Source of the DNA: a virus
Taxonomy: Duplodnaviria; Caudoviricetes
DNA length: 64,000 nucleotides
IMG/VR virus record: IMGVR_UViG_3300019365_000009
Location: 2,229 to 66,228 of that record
Reading direction: 5' to 3' (one strand)
The position numbers and the translations under genes are program-made. The notes below the pieces were generated by a model, which ran no database searches, was not told where the DNA came from, and saw only the letters and a program-made list of their open reading frames with translations. Below are positions 19,201-28,801 of the stretch, piece by piece; the stretch's first letter is position 1; each line of letters starts with the position of its first letter.

Positions 19201-22200
19201 TAAAGAGGTTCTGATACATCATACGGAGAGCAGTACCAGCAGATGAAGCCTGAATACCAGCATTACCCATGACACCAAATAATGCCATCGTATCGGCAAA
19301 AAGATTGGGGTCATTACGGCCATACATATTTGCCACACCACCACCATATTTTGCTGACTCGGCCAACATCATAAGGTCGGTATTAGATCGAGTAGCGGTT
19401 GTAGCCATAATATTTGCTGCCTCACGCATACGATCAGGAGCAATCTGGAAGGTGGTCATAATATTGGTCATCTTATCGGCAGTCTCGCCCAAATCAGAAT
19501 CTCCGATAAGAGCAAGGTCTGCGATAGGTCGAATCGCTGCATTAATTGCATCTATATCATAACCGGCCATAGCAAGAAAACGAGCAGCACTGGCAACTTC
19601 AGGAGCAGAGAATTTTGTCTTGACACCAACATTACGCACAGTCGCTTCCATATTCTTGAATGAATTTTGACTGTAAGTGTCAGTACCATTCTGAAGTATG
19701 GCCTGGGTAGTGCGCATTGTGTTCTGGTACTCCATAGCCTGACTGAATGAGCTTCCGATTGCTGACATTGCACCACCAATCGCAAACATCACGCCCATAC
19801 CCTTGGCCATATCCACAGCCATAGGTGTGCGAACACCAAAAGAAGTCTGGCCCGTAAATGGATATGCCCACCTACGAGAACGGTCAAAGAATGGTTTTGG
19901 CTGCCCAGTTCGTATAGGCACCATACCAGTGCCGCGAGATTGTGTGGGCTGGCCGACACCATTGATCTTAGCTACATCGCCTTCAAGTTTATTGATTTGA
20001 CTTTGCAACGCCCAAGGCACCGCCACACTTGCTTTCTGCATCTGAGTTGATACTCCTTGCAGATATTTCAGCATTTGTGTAGCCTCCATTCCCGGAGTGG
20101 GCATAATACCAGTGGTCGCTACTGCTTGACGGAAGTAACGACGATGTTTGGTGAGCATATTCAGTTGCTCTTTGTTTTGGGCAAAGGGCAACATCGCATT
20201 TTGAGCCTGAGCTTGTAAACGAGCAGCTTTCTGAATATTAGACTCACTTGGCTTACCCTTGGGATTTATTTGAGCCAATTTCCAGCCATCTGTATATCTT
20301 GATACAGCAGCTCGCGCTGAAGAATGTTGTTGAGTAGCGGCAGAAAGAGCATTACTTGACATCGTACCATATCGAGCCATCAATGCTGTTTCATGCTGAA
20401 TTGCATTAGCGAATGGGGCTTGTGCCTGACGATATTGGTCAATTTGAGATTGTAGTGCGGCTTGGGAGGATTCTATTCTGGCAATGGCGCTTCTTTGATT
20501 TTTATTAGGCTTTTTCAAAGAAAGAAGCGGTTTTTTCATTTCCTCAAGCTGTGCCATCTGTTTCAAATATGGCTCCATTTGCTTTTGGATAGCTGCATAT
20601 TGTGTCTTTGCCGCTTCCAAACGAGCATTAGACTTCCCAGTGCTACGAGCAATCTGAGACTGGATTCGTGCTACGTTTCCTCGCGCATTACTTTCATCTC
20701 CCCTGAGTTTTGCCAGGTATTGCTGTTGTTCAGGATTAAGATATGATGTAAGATCGTTAGCTCTAACCCATTTATATCCATTAGGCGCAGTGTGAGCTGC
20801 CGGAGCTGAAGAGCCCCAAGCAACTTTATTTTTACCTGTTCCAGCAGTAGTGGGAGCTAATTTTCTTAATCGTTCTTCTTCGGCAAGCTCATAAGGCGTT
20901 TTTTGAGCAAAAGCAGCCATTGCATTTCGCTTCATTTGGTCAAGCTGCCACGCCCTTCTTCGTTGTTGATCTGCAATCTGAGTTGCATAATTTGAAGGAA
21001 GTATACCACCCTTGGCTAAATGTGCTCCAAGTTGATCTCTATATTGTCTTGGAGTCAAAGGTTGATGGCCCGTGTGTCCTGCCTGCTTACCACTCTTTTG
21101 AGCAACGCCAACACCAGCAGTCTTTGGAGTTGTGCCAGCCTGACCAGCGGCACCTCCAGCTACACCAGAAGCAGTGAGCTTGATATTCTGAGGACTGGCA
21201 GCCTTAACAGCTGTAATAAATTCCTCCAGTTTTGCGATTGCCGGCGTAATATTCAAATTAAGTTTGATGGGAGGAATACTGCCGGCCATCTTTTTAATTT
21301 GTTCCTGTCGGCCAATAACACCCTTCTCCCACATCAATTTAACCGCAACGGGTATGGTCTGACGTGGGATGCTTTTGATTTGACTGATTATGTCTTTGGT
21401 ATCAATCGTTGCAGTTATAGGAGTTGTAGTGCCTGACTTCTTTCCTTTAACTGGAGTAGAAACTGGTGTTTCCTTTGCTGTGGGCGCAACAGTAGTGCCA
21501 ACCACACTCGTTTTGGGGTGTGGTGTGGTTGAGGTGGCAGCACCAGTGCTTTTTACTGGTTTGGGGGCAGCCTTTGCTTGTTGTGCGGCTAAGGTTTGTA
21601 ACTGCTGCTGGGCTTTATCAGTTAATAAGTTTACCCTAACATCCAAAGTTGGTGCAGGAATTGATCTTACAGATGCAGCCACCTGATCGGCCATTATTTT
21701 TACATTGACCGGGATAGCTTCTGCAACTTTACCTTGGATTTTAGTGATTTCTCCTACAACTGATATTACCGGGGGTTTGGCTGTAACATTGATTTTTGAG
21801 AGATTGCCTACAATATCAAGAGCCAGAGGTTTTACAGTTTTTGTAACTGCTTGTGCCGCTGCGGTAGATTTTCCCTGAAGAGTTCGGACAATATTCTCTT
21901 GTTCTGCTCGATTAGCCTGATATGCCGCAAGCGTTTTAGTATCACGAGTAATTTGCCCTTTTATCGCGGGAGTACGCTGATCTTCTGGAATGGCTCGATT
22001 TGCATCAAGACGAGACTGGATAGGAGCGATTTTATCATTCCAGACCTTAATCTGCTTTTGAGCATTTGTGAGCTTAGTCTTTTCATCCTTGGTAAGAGCA
22101 GAAACAAGACTGGATGATTTACCAGTTTTAGTCTTGTTGTCTTTAGGAGTGAATGGAGCAACGACAGCAGCACTTAGGCCGGCAAGACGTGTGAGTTGAG

Positions 22201-23146
22201 CTTCAGCAGCGGCAAATCCTTCAGTATTCAGTATCGGATTGATATTGAATGTGCCTTGTGATTGTAAAGCCTTTAGTGAAGCCTGGATTTGCTCTATAAC
22301 GGTCAATGCGCCACCAGCACCAGTGGCATTGCCTCTGATGTTAACTGTAAGAGCCTTACTTTTTGCATCACCAAATGCTTTCTTCCATTCTCGGATAACG
22401 GCTGGAGTGACATTGGTGAGTTTTGCCGGCTGAGATGCGGCAGTTGATTTAGAAGTAGGGGTAGCTGCAATTTTTGATTGAGCCTTTGCAGCCTTTGCTT
22501 GTTGTGCGGCTGTTTCCTTTTCAAGTTTTTCTGCAACAGCAAGTTCAGCTTTACACTGCTGAATACGCTGCTGATACATTCTTTTTTGAGCCTCTAAGTT
22601 TGTAAGTCTCTCTTGGTAAATTGCCTGCTGTTGAGCTGTGGCTTTTGCTAATCCATTTTTGTTCATCTGGATTAGACCATCACGACCTCTTACAACGCTG
22701 CCATTTTTATTTTTTTTAGGTGTACCTAAGAGTTTATCTAACTCTTTGTTATACGCCTCAATATCCTTCTTTATGGCTGCAACTGATCTGGTTCCACCAA
22801 GAGCAGAACCAATACCTTTTTGAGCTACTTTTGTACCAGCAGTGTTTCCTGAAAGAGCCTGGAATATTGCTGTGTGCATTTCGGCGGCGGCACTACGGAC
22901 TTGTGTCACCATAGCTCGCAACTGATTATTAAAAGCACCTACATCAATTTTCGGTGCAAATGTCATTTGCGAGTTTTGTTTGAGCTGATATACCGACTGG
23001 CTAACCTGAGTGATCGCAGTTTTAAGCGTATTCATTGGGCCTTCAAATTCCTTTGCGATATTCGCAATAGATTGAAGCCCCTCGGCCGCCTTGGTTACAT
23101 CAGCAATAATGTCATACCTGACGATGTAATCTTTATAATCTGCCAT
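16268..23146 (-). CDS. tail tape measure protein (TP901-type core)
   Basis: 2292 aa; TKFSAPEVASAARFLAMAG...ADIMTNIM-type core; position after the tail chaperone. Confidence 0.9.
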   Translation of the reverse strand: MADYKDYIVRYDIIADVTKAAEGLQSIANIAKEFEGPMNTLKTAITQVSQSVYQLKQNSQMTFAPKIDVGAFNNQLRAMVTQVRSAAAEMHTAIFQALSGNTAGTKVAQKGIGSALGGTRSVAAIKKDIEAYNKELDKLLGTPKKNKNGSVVRGRDGLIQMNKNGLAKATAQQQAIYQERLTNLEAQKRMYQQRIQQCKAELAVAEKLEKETAAQQAKAAKAQSKIAATPTSKSTAASQPAKLTNVTPAVIREWKKAFGDAKSKALTVNIRGNATGAGGALTVIEQIQASLKALQSQGTFNINPILNTEGFAAAEAQLTRLAGLSAAVVAPFTPKDNKTKTGKSSSLVSALTKDEKTKLTNAQKQIKVWNDKIAPIQSRLDANRAIPEDQRTPAIKGQITRDTKTLAAYQANRAEQENIVRTLQGKSTAAAQAVTKTVKPLALDIVGNLSKINVTAKPPVISVVGEITKIQGKVAEAIPVNVKIMADQVAASVRSIPAPTLDVRVNLLTDKAQQQLQTLAAQQAKAAPKPVKSTGAATSTTPHPKTSVVGTTVAPTAKETPVSTPVKGKKSGTTTPITATIDTKDIISQIKSIPRQTIPVAVKLMWEKGVIGRQEQIKKMAGSIPPIKLNLNITPAIAKLEEFITAVKAASPQNIKLTASGVAGGAAGQAGTTPKTAGVGVAQKSGKQAGHTGHQPLTPRQYRDQLGAHLAKGGILPSNYATQIADQQRRRAWQLDQMKRNAMAAFAQKTPYELAEEERLRKLAPTTAGTGKNKVAWGSSAPAAHTAPNGYKWVRANDLTSYLNPEQQQYLAKLRGDESNARGNVARIQSQIARSTGKSNARLEAAKTQYAAIQKQMEPYLKQMAQLEEMKKPLLSLKKPNKNQRSAIARIESSQAALQSQIDQYRQAQAPFANAIQHETALMARYGTMSSNALSAATQQHSSARAAVSRYTDGWKLAQINPKGKPSESNIQKAARLQAQAQNAMLPFAQNKEQLNMLTKHRRYFRQAVATTGIMPTPGMEATQMLKYLQGVSTQMQKASVAVPWALQSQINKLEGDVAKINGVGQPTQSRGTGMVPIRTGQPKPFFDRSRRWAYPFTGQTSFGVRTPMAVDMAKGMGVMFAIGGAMSAIGSSFSQAMEYQNTMRTTQAILQNGTDTYSQNSFKNMEATVRNVGVKTKFSAPEVASAARFLAMAGYDIDAINAAIRPIADLALIGDSDLGETADKMTNIMTTFQIAPDRMREAANIMATTATRSNTDLMMLAESAKYGGGVANMYGRNDPNLFADTMALFGVMGNAGIQASSAGTALRMMYQNLFKPNKNQKAVLDMMKQSYGITTLKEDGSYRAMSDILIEMAQRIPENQMASIVGNLFRITAQPGAAATLLAAAGGDKGVAEEIGTGIEAVSNKMSSKAGLSSLVSLMLANRNSVNGNISGAIAEEKQNTISGLWAQVTSTFTEGIVQAFENRQGGFEEMLKKLRDYLAKPETIQMMQNLLDLIIEIGKVMAWFVKIWASLYNAAPGLIKFWITFQMGITQMGALIAPIISLIGVFDRLKGSIMALAGISAAGGTTMTRNVAGRVVAGGAANAAITNAPFIVGSGKWGTNKVIRGNIATRAHNAMAANAILAGELAPSGANKRTTLAALNKETRQHYAAVRERAVRMYGSARAGRAFRAAATAVPTMASFAPMFGGLKSMLMGLLTGLAKAAGFLVNPVTLAVGAVAGLGYGLYKLKQRIDGTSEAQQRARVQANKAADRTHRELTKEGQWYQDMMNENIPEAAPVISSIDTTQIEKYNADKQKFNQLYATIFNDFSKDASKQSVNDVTTKWKNVITANPAYSLAIGNARNYDFSKKHKQMEYNLHNDASNLGIALWNMWHADEDTAINQRNGMVQDALMIEGANDLRTQQAIREIAELRQKYLAGETTYKSEIEYQQAAFAIRDRFMSQFTAKLPSAGMTPKQFQQTSNRSVYDQYQLGAQNLLDATINGQMGTLVGKMNAYQWLSDAENRAKLYTDEWYNAISNIIGDYHVIYNAVSADGQQQANIELMLSTLPNGQLRFTNILDQIRTKVTNFNLTLQGFTDIIGTAYKMMAEAGIIDISDANNLKNQIRHQLNGAKYGDETPRQYYAQWIDNNSNSEWVKAGITEKQYVDFVMGRSGNTINLGNRVVTRSGEQQQMYSNISRKTANTIIKHNKHLTEKAKQFGNNNSGTQNTPTSTPTPAPAKDQQAYASHYDRTAARPTQVVFNINNLANFDRTTVASSAEERDLIATMEDRIAGAVYQMFAEASNQAQRVMDLT

Positions 23147-23193
23147 TGGTAGTAATGCTTAATGATTTGCTACCTATTAATAGTCAAAGAGAA

Positions 23194-23221
23194 GCCCCAA
23201 GTCGTTTTACTGACCTGGGGC
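23194..23221 (-). terminator. putative intrinsic terminator
   Basis: GCCCCAAGTC/GACCTGGGGC stem with a minus-strand T-rich tail. Confidence 0.55.
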
Positions 23222-23257
23222 GAGTAGTTTATTTGATACGCTTAAACCTACAATATC

Positions 23258-24541
23258 TTAATTTATGTCATGTGAGACTTCTTCCGAAAGGAATCCGCTA
23301 TAATTGACCGGACCAATTTCCAGTTTCATAGAGATTGAATCATTTTCCAGAATCTCATCATTTTCTAAGAATGTTACAACACGGCCATTAATCTGATTTT
23401 GACCTTGTTTATTTCTCATTACAGAGTCAAGAATGGTATTGATAGAGTCTGTTATGATTGCGATAGAGGTTGCACTAATGTTGTGGGTGCCTGGAATGTA
23501 AATGTGATTGCTGTTGACATACGGGATAAGTGCCGTACACATTGCTCTACGGCATTTGTGCATTACCCGGTTATTGGCTATTGTGCTGAAGTCACCTTCG
23601 CATAAAGTTTGATCACTACTGAGGAAATACGAAGCCTCCAGCCCCTCATAATCTATTGGAATGATGTAGCCTCTGGATGATATGGTATTGGCCCATACTC
23701 GGTGTACGCTATCCATCGGAGTGCCGGTACTACCCACTCCCCATTCCGGATTATTAAAGCCCTCGTTTTTGTTCAAATCACACTTTTCAATAGATGCAAT
23801 ACTTTCTTCGGCGCCACATAAAGCAAGACAAGCCATAATCAATCCCAGTGATGAAACTGGGGCCTGAAGAGGATTGTTGCTTTGCATTTGATGGACTTCC
23901 TGAGAGCCATTTTGAACAAGAGCAATAGATACTTTCGGACAATTCAATTCAATAGCGTTGGGAAGTTGTTTATAGCGGATTTGATCGCCACCTATATAAT
24001 TGGTATTGCCACAAAGCACAATATGAAGAGGCACCATAGTATGAGTTGAGACACCGATTTTTCCATTAATCTCATTAGCTTGGGCCTGAAGATCTGTTAT
24101 AAGTGATGTAAAGCCCATTGTGCCATCAGACTTCTTATTCCATACTGGCTGGGAAGTCCACACTCCAATATGAAATATCCGGCCACTGGTCTGTTGCTGC
24201 ATATATTGAAGTACATCCCAGTCCTTAGAACAATCTGCTATTGCTACATACACAGTCTGATTATCTCCAATAAAATCAAAAAATTGAGCGAGATGATAAT
24301 AGAGAAGGTTATTCAGAAAGCCATCATTCTTAATGCCTAATAGAAGTGCATCATCCATATTTTTAACACATTGTATCTGTCCGTCCTTGAAATTATGATA
24401 TAGTAATGGGAAACCGTCAAATGGTTTGTCAAAACCACTTGTATCGAACAAGAAGGCTCCTACGCTTTCATCAGTAGGAATATTGAAAGTTAAGTCTGGA
24501 GTCTGCTTGACCCCAGTATTTATATAACTGAGTTGTGCCAT
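23258..24541 (-). CDS. tail sheath-like protein, second paralogue (DUF2586-like)
   Basis: Shares SSDQTL..GD......RVMHK.RR...AL.P.VNS with 25901-27271. Confidence 0.75.
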   Translation of the reverse strand: MAQLSYINTGVKQTPDLTFNIPTDESVGAFLFDTSGFDKPFDGFPLLYHNFKDGQIQCVKNMDDALLLGIKNDGFLNNLLYYHLAQFFDFIGDNQTVYVAIADCSKDWDVLQYMQQQTSGRIFHIGVWTSQPVWNKKSDGTMGFTSLITDLQAQANEINGKIGVSTHTMVPLHIVLCGNTNYIGGDQIRYKQLPNAIELNCPKVSIALVQNGSQEVHQMQSNNPLQAPVSSLGLIMACLALCGAEESIASIEKCDLNKNEGFNNPEWGVGSTGTPMDSVHRVWANTISSRGYIIPIDYEGLEASYFLSSDQTLCEGDFSTIANNRVMHKCRRAMCTALIPYVNSNHIYIPGTHNISATSIAIITDSINTILDSVMRNKQGQNQINGRVVTFLENDEILENDSISMKLEIGPVNYSGFLSEEVSHDIN

Positions 24542-24603
24542 ATTGACTTTTTATAATAATAGTCCAAAAACAAGAATAGGAGCCGTAAAGCCCCTATCTT
24601 GAA

Positions 24604-24807
24604 TCATTTTGCACCCCCTGTTAACATACCTACCATATTGGCCTGCTGAACTACGAACATTTGAGAATGCACCCAGTAGGCATTTTCTGACCAAAAGGCA
24701 AACTCATCATCTGTCATTTCATTGAGGTCCAAATGAGGATAGTAGTATGTCATCAGTGCAAGGCGTTGTCTATACACATCCTCTTTGCCTATTCGACAAC
24801 GCTCTAT
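24604..24807 (-). CDS. -1 frameshift extension of the tail assembly chaperone (67 aa)
   Basis: Open -1 frame (IERCRIGKEDVYRQRLALMTYYYPHLDL...MLTGGAK) starting at the A-AAA-AAA slippery site. Confidence 0.75.
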   Translation of the reverse strand: MERCRIGKEDVYRQRLALMTYYYPHLDLNEMTDDEFAFWSENAYWVHSQMFVVQQANMVGMLTGGAK

Positions 24808-25223
24808 TTTTTTACCATGTCGGCGTTGCGGGAGTCGATGATCTGCGAAAGCTGACCCATAGTTCCGTAGAGGAAGAGCTCATCATCGTCAACAAGTTCA
24901 CGGTCGCCGGCGAGGAATACGTTGGTTGCAAGCATCTTGTTGGCCTGAACCACGTCCTTCTGAACGAAGTTCATATATTGGCTGAAGTGCATGAGGCTGG
25001 GGCGGCGCAGATAACCGATATACAGCGGCTTTTCATCGCCTTCTTCGCCTTCGACGATGACGATGAAGATCTTGCGGAGCTTGTGCTCGGCCTTCAGAGC
25101 TTCGGCCTTCTTGACGATTTCTTCACGGATTTCGAGTGGAACGTTCACGTTACCGGCCAGTTCGATTGCGGGCGCAGCCTGAGACTCAGCTACAGCTTCT
25201 GCATTTTTCTTTTCTTTTGCCAT
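24804..25223 (-). CDS. tail assembly chaperone
   Basis: Follows the tube gene and ends GTA AAA AAA TAG (slippery heptamer). Confidence 0.8.
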   Translation of the reverse strand: MAKEKKNAEAVAESQAAPAIELAGNVNVPLEIREEIVKKAEALKAEHKLRKIFIVIVEGEEGDEKPLYIGYLRRPSLMHFSQYMNFVQKDVVQANKMLATNVFLAGDRELVDDDELFLYGTMGQLSQIIDSRNADMVKK

Positions 25224-25366
25224 TGTGTAGTTTATTTGGTTTTAATGTTAAAAATCAGTTTGACGTTTTTGGCGTCGTCAATATATAATAGTAAACCTTG
25301 AAAAAAATATGAGAGAGCGGCCATTTCTGACCACTCTCTCCAACTGAAGTATAACAAGAAAACCGA

Positions 25367-25867
25367 TTAGGCTCCACCGTAGAGCTCGTGTGACCAGCTC
25401 ATGTTTGCGTTGCTCTGTACTTTGCCGGTGTAGATACGATGCGGATGGAGATCGAACTCTCTTGTGATAGAGGTATCGTCCTGATTTGCATCCATACCAC
25501 CTTCGGCCAGAATACAGCCTGCGAGGGTGACGGTTTCGGTAGTGACGTTTGCGGCTACGTCGTTTACCCACGAGATGATGAGGTTGAACTCACCAAGACC
25601 CAGAAGTGTGCCGTCCGTTGAGCGGTCGCGGAGGTCAACCTGAGTGCCATAAGGCAGTGTGATACTTGCCTCATAGGTCACGTTACCGAAACCACGCTTA
25701 CGGGGTTGGCCACCAAGTCCGTAGATAGACTCGATCTTACGTTTAGTGTCCCACTTGATAGCGGTACAATCAACGAAAATCGGGTTCTGAGCACTCTCGC
25801 CATCGAGGTTGGTCTGAAGTTGAATCATCGACCAACTGTATGCTACATTATTGATTGTTGCTGCCAT
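25367..25867 (-). CDS. tail tube protein
   Basis: NNVAYSWSMI...IYGLGGQPRKRGFGNVTYEASITL; directly after the sheath gene. Confidence 0.8.
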   Translation of the reverse strand: MAATINNVAYSWSMIQLQTNLDGESAQNPIFVDCTAIKWDTKRKIESIYGLGGQPRKRGFGNVTYEASITLPYGTQVDLRDRSTDGTLLGLGEFNLIISWVNDVAANVTTETVTLAGCILAEGGMDANQDDTSITREFDLHPHRIYTGKVQSNANMSWSHELYGGA

Positions 25868-25900
25868 TGTTGTATTATATTATTTGATTAAACATTGGCT

Positions 25901-27271
25901 TTAGATGGAGTTGGAGAAGCCCTCAGTGACCTTGATCTCACCGGTTACACCCAGCGGAACGAGGCTATAGTGAATATCTATAGCGTCGGTGTCAAGCACG
26001 TTCTGATCGGGATCAATCGTGCAAGTACGTCCACTTACCTGGGGTTTTGCGGTGCCGGGTTCGACCATATTCTTATCCAAAGCCTCGATAACGATGTTCT
26101 GGAACTCTGCTACGACAGAAGCCGAAAGTTTGCCGGAAGTGATGTCAACTTCAACATTGGAGTTGACGCGGGGAAGAAGCGCCCTACGAACTACGCGACG
26201 GCTCTTGTGCATTACTCGACAACGAGCAAGGGAACGATAGTCACCGGTGCTGAGAGTCTGGTCGCTGCTGAAGAAGATGCTATTTTCAAGACCATCGTAG
26301 TTCACCAGGAACACATAGCCATTCTTGTGAAGGTATGCGTTACGCTTGGTATAACCAAGAGTCTTGATATTGGTGAAGGAAGATTCAGCAGCATAGGTCT
26401 TGTTCTCTGCGTCCTCGACGAGATTGCCGAAACCAAGCTCTGCATCCTGCATCACAGCAGCGAGATTGAAGCTGGCGACGTGTGCGATACTTTCATTGGC
26501 CGGAGCGACTGCAAGACAACCGAGAGCTGCACCTACACATCCTACGGGAACATAAGATACAGTGTCAGCAACGTGGTTGACAGCATACATAAGCTCATGG
26601 ACGGTATCGGTGGGTGCCTGGCCCAGAAGAGCTGTTACCTTGGGCATATCCAGACCGCTCAGATCAGGAAGTTTCTTGATGTCGATTACAGCCTCATTGA
26701 GAATGGGTGCTGAAAGCAGCATATTGAGAGGAGCATTGCCCTCATAGTTGGTAATACCAACCTTGCCGCCCAGAACTTCTGCAACAGTTTCGAGCTTCGC
26801 ACAGACATTACCGGCCTCTACGGAATAGGAGCCATCCTTATTCTTCTTGGCAATCGGCTTGCCAGTCCAGACACCGATCTGATAGATAATGCCGCCGGAT
26901 GCAAGCTGCATCAGTTCAACGGCCTCAAAATCGGGATCCTCATCGCTGTTCATAAATGAGACAAAAATGCGCTGAGTGCCGCCGGCCAGACTGAAGAAGC
27001 TGTCAAGATGATATTTTGCAATACCAGCAAGAACAGTATCGTCGATACCGGCCTCAGCTACATCCTTAGTGGTATTGAGCTCCACGACATTGCCGTTGGC
27101 AAAGGTTTGAGCAGCGAGTGTGTCTTCACCCAGAGCCTTGTCAAGACCTCCTACGATACTGGTATCGAAGATGAGGCCGACAACATTCTCAGTGCTAAGA
27201 AACACGTTGCTATTACGCTTGCCGTCAATGTCAGTGGTAAAAACTCCACCTAAATTTGTATTCGTAGCCAT
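25901..27271 (-). CDS. tail sheath protein (DUF2586-like)
   Basis: 456 aa with strong codon bias; precedes the tube gene; sheath-like C-terminal domain. Confidence 0.8.
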   Translation of the reverse strand: MATNTNLGGVFTTDIDGKRNSNVFLSTENVVGLIFDTSIVGGLDKALGEDTLAAQTFANGNVVELNTTKDVAEAGIDDTVLAGIAKYHLDSFFSLAGGTQRIFVSFMNSDEDPDFEAVELMQLASGGIIYQIGVWTGKPIAKKNKDGSYSVEAGNVCAKLETVAEVLGGKVGITNYEGNAPLNMLLSAPILNEAVIDIKKLPDLSGLDMPKVTALLGQAPTDTVHELMYAVNHVADTVSYVPVGCVGAALGCLAVAPANESIAHVASFNLAAVMQDAELGFGNLVEDAENKTYAAESSFTNIKTLGYTKRNAYLHKNGYVFLVNYDGLENSIFFSSDQTLSTGDYRSLARCRVMHKSRRVVRRALLPRVNSNVEVDITSGKLSASVVAEFQNIVIEALDKNMVEPGTAKPQVSGRTCTIDPDQNVLDTDAIDIHYSLVPLGVTGEIKVTEGFSNSI

Positions 27272-27277
27272 TATGAA

Positions 27278-27643
27278 TTATTTTTTATTGTTGAAAAATT
27301 TGTTTTTGAGAAGTTTTGCGCCTTTCAGCAGATACTGGGGTGCGCCTTCGGGATGCACAAATCCCTTCGGGGTAATCCAGATTTTTTCATACTGAGGATA
27401 GAGACGCATCAGCTCTGCATCACGAGAAGAAATCTCTTCAACCGGTTCGCTCTCTGTCGAAGCCTTTTTGGTTTTAGCCGGCTTCTTGGCTTCAGGAGCT
27501 TCTTCGATCTCTTCGATTTCATTTGACGGCTGTGTTTCCTGCTCTGGAGTGGGTTCTGAGGGGGCTGCCTCTTCTCCGACCTGAACATCAACCACAACTG
27601 CATCTTCGGCTTTCGCTGTTTCGTTTTTTTTGTTTTTAGCCAT
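27278..27643 (-). CDS. hypothetical protein (head-associated?)
   Basis: Between capsid and sheath genes; E/K/P-rich N-terminus. Confidence 0.6.
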   Translation of the reverse strand: MAKNKKNETAKAEDAVVVDVQVGEEAAPSEPTPEQETQPSNEIEEIEEAPEAKKPAKTKKASTESEPVEEISSRDAELMRLYPQYEKIWITPKGFVHPEGAPQYLLKGAKLLKNKFFNNKK

Positions 27644-27660
27644 AGTTGTGAAAGATTTGA

Positions 27661-27686
27661 GTAAGGCGGCTGTTACACCGCCTTAC
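27661..27686 (-). terminator. putative terminator after the major capsid gene
   Basis: Perfect 9-bp stem GTAAGGCGG/CCGCCTTAC. Confidence 0.6.
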
Positions 27687-27700
27687 AGAGTTGTGATTGA

Positions 27701-28759
27701 TTACGCGGCGGTATATTTGAACGGAATATGAGCCGTGATTTCCGACGGGCGAACGATATTGACATCCATTTTGAGAAGAGCCTTGAAGAAGTAAAGCTCA
27801 GAGTTGTTCTGGAGCTTGTCGACCTGAAGGACATTCTCATCGTTGACGTAATCGACACCCATCCAGAGGTTCGAGTCAACGCCGGTGGTGAATACGCCCA
27901 TGAAGATTGTATCGTTGGGAAGAGCAACCATAGGAATGATGCGCTTGCCCTGGAAACGATGCTCGTTCTCCTTGCGGTTGTCGTTGTATTTCATGGTTTT
28001 TGCCGAGAGATACTTGTTATAAGCGTCCCAAGACTTGTAGTCCATGAGGATGACGAGACCGGCCTTCTTGCGGATCTTGGGTGCAGTGGCTTCCCACATT
28101 GAGTAGAGTTCATTCTCTACAGCTTCACCATCAGCAAATGTGCCGGTACCGGCGATGTTGACCTGACCGCACTTTGCATCTTCAGAAGTAGCGGAGGCTG
28201 CGGCGTTCATGAGTACACGGGCGATAGCTCCGTTAAAATACTTCATGGGACCAGCCTCTGCATCACCACCGATTTCGGTTGCACCGGCTGCAACAGAGTC
28301 GTCGCTGCTTGAAATCTTTGCGTGCTCTGTGGGAGTAGCCGAACACCAGATTGCCTGGTTGATATATTCCTGCTCCTGCTCCATAAGCAGACGAATCATA
28401 GTCGCCTGAACCTTGGGATCGAGTTCGCGGAACACCAGATTGCCGGTGGGCTGGAACGGTTTGTAATACTGCTCGAAGTCGCGGGGGTTGAACTCCAGAT
28501 AGATCATAAAATCTTCCGGTGTCAGATAGCGCTCTGCAAATTCGTATTCGCCCACACTTGAAACAGGTGTTGCGACGTGATCCTGGATAATCTTCCCGAG
28601 GCGAACATGCGGAAGAGCATACTTTTTCTGAATACCCGACTTGACATGAATAAGACCCTCCTTGTAGGTCTCATTCTCCTGGGCGACAAGGGTCAGAAGA
28701 TCACCAAGGACTTCACCAGTATAGTTACTCTGACCCGCGTTAAAGTTAAATACTGCCAT
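27701..28759 (-). CDS. major capsid protein
   Basis: 352 aa with strong codon bias; follows the protease/scaffold gene. Confidence 0.8.
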   Translation of the reverse strand: MAVFNFNAGQSNYTGEVLGDLLTLVAQENETYKEGLIHVKSGIQKKYALPHVRLGKIIQDHVATPVSSVGEYEFAERYLTPEDFMIYLEFNPRDFEQYYKPFQPTGNLVFRELDPKVQATMIRLLMEQEQEYINQAIWCSATPTEHAKISSSDDSVAAGATEIGGDAEAGPMKYFNGAIARVLMNAAASATSEDAKCGQVNIAGTGTFADGEAVENELYSMWEATAPKIRKKAGLVILMDYKSWDAYNKYLSAKTMKYNDNRKENEHRFQGKRIIPMVALPNDTIFMGVFTTGVDSNLWMGVDYVNDENVLQVDKLQNNSELYFFKALLKMDVNIVRPSEITAHIPFKYTAA

Positions 28760-28801
28760 TGTTAATTGTGAATTAAATATTAATGATTGATTTGCTGGCG
28801 A

